Origin: Macrostomum lignano
Lineage: Eukaryota
Assembly: GCA_002269645.1 (NCBI GenBank)
Contig: NIVC01001164.1
Coordinates: 248,001-312,000, forward strand
Direction of reading: 5' to 3'
Length of the DNA stretch: 64,000 bases
Positions 1 through 10,490 of the stretch are shown here, piece by piece (the stretch's first letter is position 1; every line of letters begins with the position of its first letter). Position numbers and translations under genes: made by a program. The notes beneath the pieces were generated by a model. That model saw nothing but the letters and a program-made list of their open reading frames with translations, made no database searches and was not told the DNA's origin.

Positions 1-1597
1 GCGAGCTACCACTTGGAACTGGTGAAGTTGCGACATGTGGTGTAATTCTGTCTATGACCCCTTTTTCGTCACCCAGTACGCCACCCCTTGCCCCATCCCT
101 CGCCCCATCGTTTGCCGTGGTTTAATATTTTTGTTATTCTCCGTTTGCGTTAATAGTGTCGTCCGTTTCCCCATCCGTTGCCCCATCTGCTGCCCCATCC
201 CTAGCCGGACGGCACAGTTTTACTTTTATAAGGCTAATTCGAGCCGCCAATTTTCTTCATGCGCTTTCGGTCTCGCTCTCTTTCTCTCGCTCGCTCCCGC
301 TTGCTTATTCGCTTGCTTATCTACTTTCTTTGTGTGCTTTTATTAAATTAGTTTAGTGTCCTTGAGTGTCCTTGAGTTTAGTGTCGTTGGCACCCGGCTC
401 CGCCGCGATCTCTCGTTCGTAACAATAATAATAATAATAATAATAATTGCCTGCTATTAATTAATAAGTTCATTAATTAAACGAAGCCCTTCACGGTTTA
501 TCTTGAGTTATTTGCCCGTGGGACGTTAAACAACCGAATTAATCTCAACTCCGAACGAGCTCTGAGATCTCTACGTTCCGTAATACGAAATTACGGTGGT
601 GGCAGCGCCACTCTACTGACAGTAATCAGTTCAGAAACTCAGAAAGAAAATTACGGTGTCTAGACCATTGAGTCTAAAGTCTGAACGACCGTGCCTGCAT
701 AAGACCGCTCGACTACGATTACAACTACCCTCTCCCCGGACTTGAGAACCCGGCTGTCGGAGTAAAACAGGAGGAAATAACTCGTTGTGATTCGTCTGCG
801 CGATTTACGGATTTATTCGTGCGAACTCAACGCCGGCGGTAATTCAGACGTGGAATCCGCCCCACCCCAGAAGTGCTGGTGGTGTCAGCAACAAATTACA
901 AATCAACCCACTTCCAAAAAAAACTTCCTCCGCCCCAACTCAAGCACGCACGCCGACTCTGCAGCCTTTTTCAGAATATTATTATGATGATGATTGCATG
1001 ATGAATGTCAGGAATATGCAACCCAGACTTACATTGATCACATTGATCACATTTATAAAATAAAAATAACTGTACATAAATTGATAAAACTTGATTTATT
1101 ATTAATAGTAGGGCTTGAGATCGCAGATAGGGCTAAAGCCATTCATTGCCTTTGCCATAGCGACAAACTAAATCCCTAATTAATGAGTAATGTAAGCCCC
1201 AAGGAGGCAGGCTAGATGGTTAACTTCAACAGTAGCAGTACACTCAGATTTTTTATTAAAAAACAATGGTGCTACTTTTAAGTTGATTATTGATTAATGA
1301 TGAGTAGATTATTGATAGAAGTTTCGTCAATCTTTATTCTTAAATCTTTGTTTTTTAATTAAAACTCTTAATTCTAAGCTAGTTTTATAGGCAATGCAGC
1401 CAATGCTTAACCTAGGCCTAACTTAGAGCTTAGTCCCATGGTCCAATGTCAATATCCCAATAACAAAAATATTATCTATTTACTATTACAATATATGGCC
1501 CTATGCTAATTGCTAATAATGCCCTGCTTTCCAGTATTCCTATAATACAATAGCTTTTATAATATAGTTGGCCTTTGTTGGCCTCCCAATTCTTAGC

Positions 1598-1741
1598 GGC
1601 TTCCAGTTAATTCGGCGACAAGCTAATTCGGCGACAACCAATTCGCTCTCCCCTCATGTCGCCGAACTGGCTGTCGCCGAATTGACTTGTCGCCGAATTG
1701 GCTGTCGCCGAGTCAACCTGTCGCCGAATTAACTGGTTCCC
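1598..1741. mobile_element. Small MITE-like inverted-repeat element
   Basis: Inverted ends ccagttaattcggcgaca (1603) / tgtcgccgaattaactgg (1736), internal cggcgaca/tgtcgccg subrepeats, flanked by an 8-bp direct repeat TTCTTAGC (1590-1597 and 1742-1749). Confidence 0.7.
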
Positions 1742-1750
1742 TTCTTAGCT

Positions 1751-3663
1751 CCCGCTGGAAAATAGGGATGGATATTTGGTTCGGATATAGCGTATCCGGA
1801 TCCGGATAGGGGCACTTTTCCGAATGAACGGCCGGATATGTCCAGATATGACATTTTATCCGAACTATATCCGGACAAGTCGTATCCGGACGAATATCCG
1901 GATTATCACCCGGATATATGACTTATCCGGACAAAAATTTCCGGACTTTTCATCCGGATACCAAACCTCTTGGTTCGGATACTCTACTATATCCGGACAA
2001 GTCGTATCCGGACGAATATCCGGATTATCACCCGGATATATGACTTATCCGGACAAAAATTTCCGGACTTTTCATCCGGATACCAAACCTCTTGGTTCGG
2101 ATACTCTACTATATCCGGACAAGTCGTATCCGGACGAATATCCGGATTATCACCCGGATATATGACTTATCCGGACAAAAATTTCCGGACTTTTCATCCG
2201 GATACCAAACCTCTTGGTTCGGATACTTACCGCACTGTTTTTTCAATGCATATATGGCCTTCTTCAATTTTTCGCTCACATCAACCCTGGATTTTAGAAA
2301 GCTGTCCATGAGAGCTAATGGGGTCACTGAATTTCCAGTTACAACTGTACACGTCCCTTTCTAGTAACCACTAATTACTAACTACTTGTTCCCACTAATT
2401 GTGCTTATCTTTTTATTTCTATTTGTATCCACAGATACTAGAATAACTAGATGAGCCACTCAGGCATATATACTTTGCAAAGCAGCTTTCTACTTTCAGT
2501 TCAGTAGCAAAGAAGAATACATATGTTATTTATAAAAAATAAGGAGGCAGTTGAAACGATTTTGATAAGTTAAGAAGCCTAAAAGCTTGCAGGCGTAAAC
2601 AACTCGCTATATAATTAGTTCAGCAGTAATGTACAATAAAAATTAGGGATGGACGGGGAGTAGTGTGGAAATGCGCAAGTGGAGGGTTCAAGCGGGGGTA
2701 AGAGCCAATAAAATGAGCTTTGGCTTGAAAAATATATTAAAATGCTTCTGTTTCACTTGCTACTGAATTGAAAGTGTAGCTGTTTTCCACTAACAGCGTT
2801 TAACTAATTGTTTTCCACTAACGTACTGCGTTTAACTACTTGTTTTCCACTAACTGCGTTTAACTACTTGTTTTCCACTAACTGCGTTTAACTATTTGTT
2901 AAATATAAATATAATATACTATTAAATATAATAACATTCTTTCCTTCTTTGTCAACTAAAATGCACAAAAGAATTGCTACAATTTATTCATTTGAATTAA
3001 CAGAATCTATCCGTACGAGCGAAGCAGCAGATTATGCTGCATTATCCTTTGGAAAACTAAATTAATGTGAAAATCGGCACGATATAGCCGGATACATTTC
3101 CGGACTTACGTCCGGATTCAATGCACATATTCGGATGTTTCGTCCGGATAAAAACGTGATATCCGGATGAAACATCCGGATATGTGGCTTCAATCCGGCC
3201 TTATAGCCGGATACATTTCCGGACTTACGTCCGGATTCAATGCACATATTCGGATGTTTCGTCCGGATAAAAACGTGATATCCGGATGAAACATCCGGAT
3301 ATGTGGCTTCAATCCGGCCTTATAGCCGGATACATTTCCGGACTTACGTCCGGATTCAATGCACATATTCGGATGTTTCGTCCGGATAAAAACGTGATAT
3401 CCGGATGAAACATCCGGATATGTGGCTTCAATCCGGCCTTATAGTCGGATACATTTCCGGACTTACGTCCGGATTCAATGTACATATCCGGATGTTTCGT
3501 CCGGATACAGAACTACAATATCCGAACAAAGCATCCGGATATGTAAAGTTGGCGTCACTTATCCGAAGAAACGACCGGATATTCTCCCACTGAACAGATA
3601 CAGAGAATATCCGGCCGAAATAAAAAAAATCCGAACCGAAATCCTGCCCTATTTTCCAGCGGG
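1751..3663. mobile_element. Non-autonomous DNA transposon with TIRs and subterminal repeat arrays (EnSpm/CMC-like architecture)
   Basis: Perfect TIR CCCGCTGGAAAATAGGG at 1751 and its reverse complement ending at 3663; GCT on both flanks (possible 3-bp TSD). Left arm has about 3 copies of a 122-bp TCCGGA-rich unit, right arm about 3.5 copies of a 119-bp TCCGGA-rich unit. No transposase ORF. Superfamily assignment is inference. Confidence 0.75.
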
Positions 3664-4195
3664 GCTAGTATATATGTAATAGTTATGCCTATATTAATAA
3701 TAAATAAATAAAAGTATAATCTACTTAGGCTAGTGCCATGCCAATATTGCTCAACTCATTCTTATAACTTGTTATAAGATGCAATACTGAATAGGCCTAG
3801 ATAGAACTTATATTTCAATATTTTGTCTATAATGTGCTTGTGGTATTCCTGTATGATACAAAATCTCATTGTTATCACCAAGTTGTCAAAGGCCTTTCAA
3901 CTCTCTCTAGAAATCCCACTGCTCTTGGCCTCTTGGCTTTGTCTTAGGCCTATAAAGTCCTAATTCTGAGCCTCTGCCTAGTCCTTATCTTGCCACCAAG
4001 TTGTCACAGGTGTGATTCTTCTGTCTCTTCAAATGATTCCACAGCTGTCACTAAAGTTGTCAAAGGGCTAAACATCCTACACTAATCTTTAAGTTGGTAG
4101 CTGCCACCAGGATTATCCTATTAATAAATTATGAGTTTATCAATCTTAGAATAATCCGAGAAACATTTCTTAGAATTGATCTGAATATATATCTT

Positions 4196-4258
4196 AGTAT
4201 TTAGTCTGAGTATTTAGTCTGAGTCTGAGTATTTAGTCTGAGTATTTAGTCTGAGTAT
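4196..4258. repeat. Short tandem repeat, 13-bp unit agtatttagtctg
   Basis: About 4 near-identical copies. Confidence 0.8.
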
Positions 4259-5139
4259 TATTCTTAGAAAACTGTTAGCCCTTAAAGTTTTTATCCCTCT
4301 ATTATTCTGGTAGTGTTTATTCTGATTCCGGTAGCATTTACTATACTTTTGGCTTGAGTGGTCTATTGGCTATACTGGTATATGTATATATTCCATGTAC
4401 TTTGCAAGTGCTTAGGCGTTACTAAGATCAGAGGGTCACAGCCTCCGGTTATTCTTACACGTATCACTTCAGATCTACTTTGTATTCTCTTACTACTCAA
4501 TACTGCTGCTTCTCAATAGTATGTATTGTATATGCTTCAGTCTATTTCACTCTTATTTCTTAAAGGAATTAACACAGAAAACACTTCTTCAATTCTTATT
4601 TTCTCGGAACTCTTACTAATACTATTTGTTATCAACTATTTTGTTAGTGAACCGCGGTGCGCAAGGTTGGTTCTCCTCTGCTGAAAATGCTTCTATTTAT
4701 ACTTGAATTTGCTACAGTTTTAAACAAAAATTCATTAACGCAAAATATTATAGAAAATACAAGTATTAAAACAAAATATGTTTCTTAGTTTTGGTGTGAA
4801 TTCAAATTGACTAAATGGTGACTATTTTATAAAGAAATCAGGAGGGGCCCTGCACAATAATATAGTTTTTCTTTAACAAATTTTCTAGATAACAGGCTAT
4901 AGCTATAAGGTAAAGGTCTTTACTAATTGTCATTAAGAAATTTAGATTTTGCCTTAAGTTATAGATATAGTAGTTTTTTGCAAAAGCATATGAATATGGA
5001 TATGGTTATAGGAAATTTTACATCATATATTTAGCTGCTATATCTAATAATATAAGTATCTCTTACCTGAGAATTAAAAAACCATTGGAGCTATTGCTTT
5101 GATAGGTTAGGATAGTAGAAATCAATGAATTTTGCCAGT

Positions 5140-5580
5140 TTCAAAGTGAGGGAACTCTTAAGTCCATTGAATTTAGGATTCAAGCATCAACATAGATTGT
5201 TAATGCCATGTCCATATTGTGGTTAGGTGGTAAAGGCTAAATTTAAGATGAATATTTGTACTTTCAAAGGGGAGCTCTTAAGTCCATAGGGTTAGGGACT
5301 TAACAACAGTTTTGATACTACATGTGAATTGTAAACATTCACTTTCAATGTAAGGACCAAGGGGAGCTCTTAAGTTCCTAGAATTGAGGACTCAAACAAC
5401 AAAGACAGAAATGTTTGAAATTGCACACACATTGAGGTTGGAATAGGCCTGGGGGTTAAAGTTAAGATATGTTTTCAATTTCAATACAAAGGGAGCTCTT
5501 AAGTCCTTAGGGCCAGGGACTCAAACAACACATTTTTGACACTATATACATGTTATGGTTGGGATGGTGGGGGCCTAAAC
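5140..5580. repeat. Degenerate ~110-120-bp tandem repeat with a conserved hairpin core
   Basis: Four copies of ggga(g/a)ctcttaagt(c/t)c...gga(c/t)t(c/t)aa near 5151, 5270, 5362 and 5491. Confidence 0.6.
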
Positions 5581-6691
5581 TATGATAAATGAAGCCAATA
5601 GGGAAGCCACCGAGCATCTACCACTATCAAAAAAGGCTAGATTGCAAAACAGGCTTCTTGGAAACCAACTGACAAATAGGCCATCAACCTCAGTCCCTCA
5701 CATAAATCTTGTTAAGATTTTGGTCTTGCTGTCTAGATTGATATATACTCCAAATGCTGCATGCAGTATGGCTGCATGTGCAATGTCCAGCTGTCTCTCC
5801 AAGGCATCTGTCAGGGTCCAGGTCTTAGCATTGTACAATAGTTATAGAAATTTTATTAGCTACAAAATATAGATATGGATACAGATAGGCTATGAGAACA
5901 TTTTTGAGATATGGCTATAGATATGGATGTGGGAAAAAATTGGTTATAACGGAACTAAAGAAATTATATATATTTGAATAAGTTGCGATATTACAACTAT
6001 TTTGTTTAAAATAACATATTCTAGTAAAAAATAATATAGGTATTCATTGGTTTTAACATAATATTCTAAATGGCAACCTATTCTATTAGTTATTATCAAA
6101 ATAAAAAGGGAATTATTAGTATAGGATCATGGTCAACAGTCTTAAGTATTAGCATAGGATATACCTTATATATATATATATAAGATTTTTTATACCACTA
6201 TCTAATTTTTCTTATAACCTATCTATATTTGTATCTATAGCTAATTATAAGTTAATTTTTTATTACTTCTTACTTTTATTGATAATAAATCCAATGGCAA
6301 TTGTTTTTCTATTCATTTACTACATAAAGAATGATCTAGCAATAGTTTACCTTATCACTTAGTAATAGTTTTTGTTTATTTATTATATAAGAAAGAAAAT
6401 TGGTGGTAGTGAATTCATATTAACGTTAAAAATATGCACAATATAATCAAGGACTCCAATGGTCTTTTTAAGTCTTAGTTAGCTAATATCACTTTAGATA
6501 TGGTATGTTCCCATAACCATTAACCACAGCCACCTGATGCATAACTGGCGATGCTATCAGTTAATGCACTAATAAAGGATTATATCAATATTTCTGGTGA
6601 TTGCTGAAAGGTATAAGTACAGTAGTTTACCATTATAACTCAAGCATAATACCCTCTTTAAAGTGCAAAAACTGTTGCAGTCCAGTTGCCA

Positions 6692-9600
6692 ATGTCTATG
6701 TCCCTAGCCGAGGACGATGACAAGGAGCTCTACATTGATGACTCCGGCTGTACTGGCGCCTTCTACAATCCGCGCGCTTCCCTCAGCTTAGAGCAGCAGC
6801 GCCAAGCACTGCCAGTGTACAGAGTGCGTTCTCACCTGCTTTACCTGCTGGAGATCAAGCAGACACTTGTACTAGTTGGCGAGGCTGGTTCTGGCAAAAG
6901 CACACAGGTGTGAACATCCATGTTCGGTTTTTTCCATTTCTAATACTTTTACTAACAGTAGCGTGTAACGTAAAGTTTTATTATAATTGCATTTGGCAAC
7001 TCACTTGAAGTATCAAATTTGGATTCTTGGGATTTCCATACTTTTGAAATAAGTGAATATTAGTGTGTGTCTCATCAGCTTGAATTCGAAATCTCGAGAT
7101 TAAAAACACAACTCGATAGCAAAATTAACTTTGATTTTTGTGTTTTGCGTTTAAACAGCATTAAAAAGGATAATTTAGTCGTAAGGTTTAGTCGTTTTCT
7201 TCTCGTCGGATCTTTCATCTGGTAAACTCTCCCGCTCGCCGCAGGTGCCACAGTACCTAGTTGAAACTGGCTGGACCTCGGACGGCCGGCAGGTGTGCGT
7301 CACTCAGCCCCGGCGCGTGTCGGCCGTCACCCTGGCGTCTCGGGTGTGCGACGAGGCCGGCTGGCGGCTTGGCGAACAGTGCGGCTACGCTGTGAGATTT
7401 GCCGACTGCCGCAGCCAGGCCACCCGGGTGCTGTTCGCCACTGACGGCGTGCTGGTGCGACTGCTGGCTAGGGATCCTCTGCTGCAGGACTTCTGCGTTG
7501 TTATGGTAATTCAGGTTTTTTGTTATTGCTTCATTTTTGCTGACATCGCACAAACAGCGCTGACGGCAACTCTGCCCATTCCGCTGGGTCCTGGCTAAGG
7601 ACCGCTGTACACTCTGTGCGAGCGCGTGTCTGCGTACACCGTATCCGTGTGTTTGCTCAGAGGTCAGCGGAATGGACATGACCTAACCCGGTTTGCTCAA
7701 TGCTCCTTGACCCTCACCCGATAGAGCCAGGTAAATAAAATATGACCAAATTAACTTTGACCCCGCCAGGTGGACGAAGCTCACGAGCGCACGTTTCACA
7801 CCGACCTGGCGCTGTGCCTGCTTCGCAAAGTCCAACGCCGCCGACCGGATCTTCGTGTGATCGTCTCGTCTGCCACCATCGATGCCGACGCTTATTTAAA
7901 GTTCTTCGGCGATTCCGCAGCCTGCCTGTCTGTTGAGGGCCGGCAATATCCGGTTGATATTCACTATTCTGCCAGTCCCGTGCCCTGCTACATGGCTGCC
8001 GCTTTGGACACTGTATTGGCTATTCACAGGCGCTGCGGCCCAGGCGGTGTGCTGGTGTTTCTCACCGGTCAGGAGGAGGTGCTCCGGCTGGTGCAACAGC
8101 TGCGCGAGGCCGCTATGAAGGTGCGTTCTAGGAGTCCACTGATGATTTGGAAACCAAGGGGTTGTCGTGTGATTTACACCCGTGAGGATTGTGGGACCCG
8201 CAGGATATCTAACTAAAATTTCTGACAGGAGCACATCTTTTGGAGTAAAAAAATTATCTAAAACTGCACTTTGCCTTTCAAGAAACCTAAAAAAGGAGCC
8301 ACAGTATCACTATACACCCGAGTTGCTGACCGGCTGATTTGTCCATACAAAAGAATAATAATAATCTCAGTAAGTACATGTGGGAGCACGAGAATTTCCC
8401 GCCGAGATGTGGCCGCAATGCAATTTGCCCGCTATGCTGTTTTCATGCAGCGCATTTAGCCACTCGGCAGATCTTGTCTGCATTGCCCCCGCCAAATGCT
8501 TAGCACTTCATAAGTCTTAATAAAGAGATTTGTTGGGGGTCAAACCGGCATATATGCATCCCTAATGAATACCCTACAAGAAAAACATGCATTTGATATG
8601 CAGTTACTATCAAAACGTTTCGATCGCGTTAATCTCTTTATAAAGACTTACCAAGACAAAATCTGCCACGTGGCTAAATGCGCTGCAGAATTGCAGCATT
8701 GCGGGCAATTCTTATGGACCCGGTACATGTATACAGGAAAGTCTATGACGTACCACTAGTCATTTCACAAACAAAATTGTGATGCTTCTTTAAAGATTTT
8801 ATGTTGCTACTTTGTGCGCATACTTCTCAATTCGTCTTGTCGCTTGTAGCAGCAAAATGTTAAAACTTGCAACTTATTTTATTGTTATATGAAACATTCA
8901 GACATACCTGTATACAGGGTATAGGCATAAATATAGTTAATTCTATAAAGTTATTGCATTGAAAATAAAGCATAGGTCCATATCTGAGGCTCATACTTAG
9001 CGCGACGTAGACTCTTAAAAATTCTGAACAAGCATACTAACAATGCTGCTTAGAAACTGAAGCTGTAAAGAATAACAATGAGAAATAGAAGAAATAATTT
9101 CTGTTATACCAGTACTTCTGTAAAAATGAATATAATTAAACCAATTCATTCGCGGCGCCAGTATCGCTGAGACGGCTGCGCCCGACTATCCCTATAACGC
9201 GAGCGCCGCTCCTTGAACTGAACGGATTTGGGCGTCGGTGGCATCTGCTGATGCGTGTAGCGATGCCTATAACCTTCCTGGCTTCTGTCGGGCTCGTAGC
9301 CTCTGAAGTCGTCTCTGAACTGTCCCTCATCCAAGTCGGAATAATCAGTTTGAGTGTCCACTTCATCGCTAAGCCTACCAGTTGGCGCAGTGCGATGCTG
9401 GTCATGTTGAGTAAAACGTCTTCTGCTCCTGCTAGAGTCGTATGGTCGACTAGCCGGCGGAGGCCACCTGTCGAAATCTGAGGGCCCCATCGGGGCGCCT
9501 GTTTCATCGAAAGCTCTAGTTTGAAGATATCGCTGTTGACGGTGACGCTGTGGCGGCGGTGACGACGGCGGTGAAGCGAATTGAGCAGCAGAGGGCGTCT

Positions 9601-10458
9601 GCATAGTCCGCCGGGTTGATGGCCCTCGATGGGATCGTGTTTGCATTGAAACTGCAGGCGAATCGGGTGTCATCTTTACGGACGATAGTGATTGTTGGGC
9701 CGGAAAATTTGTCGACAGGCGGGCGCAACAGTTGCCACAGCGGCGGCATTCGAATGACCGAATTAGAAGCGACAGATCGACATGAGGACAGCTGAAGATG
9801 GGCTTTATTTGCTGCTTAGTTTCTCTCCAGCCGTCTCCGTCTCGAGGTGGCCCCTCGACTGACCCTGACGAAAATAATTCGTCATCCAACTCGACTCTAT
9901 CGTTGCGAACTGCTTGCTTATGCAGGCTACCCTTGTTAAGTGCCCGGCTGTTGAAGCGATAATCAATTGCGGGCGAGGCCTCGTTGCCGCTGCTGCCGCT
10001 AATGCTGGAATCGCTACCGTCGTAATAATCATCTGGTGGGTAGTAAGAATGCGGTCGTCGATGCCGTCTTGGCTCTGGAACTGCGGAATCGCGATGGAAA
10101 TCATTCAGCGGCCTTAGACGCTGTCTCCGGGCGGCTTCAGCGTCAGTCGATGATGCCATCGGCTCCGGCTCCGTAGGGAAGGCCCCGTAACTCCGACGTC
10201 GCCCAGAGTGGCGGCTATCGCCAGCAGAATCAGCAGCTAGTGGCGGTGGTGGCGGTGGCGCCGGTGGTGGTGGTGGGGGCGGTGGCGGTGGGGCCGACCG
10301 AGCTGCAGTGTGCCGTCTCGCATAATGACTACGCTGCGGCGGACTCAAACCAATCGGAGCGAAACGCGAGTCTCCGCCTCGTTCCGATACTCTTGAACTG
10401 CTGCTCGTCCTCTGAGCAATGTCAGGTACCTGCCAGTCGGATTGGTGCTGCCTCTGTC

Positions 10459-10490
<32 letters not shown>

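Noticed and set aside
1-1000. Short ORFs, an (AAT)n run at about 421-447 and a GC-richer patch that might be a retroelement end or a DHX35 5' exon
   Set aside because: No recognisable domain or termini; the NFLRPNS similarity to the DHX35 N-terminus is too weak.
5140-5580. CRISPR-like look (hairpin repeats with spacers)
   Set aside because: Eukaryotic context, degenerate repeats, spacers partly similar to each other, no cas genes.
9680-9760. FECRRCGNCC resembles the prokaryotic CxxCxxCC cysteine-cluster motif
   Set aside because: Only about 10 residues match and the rest of that domain is absent; not enough to claim homology or horizontal transfer.
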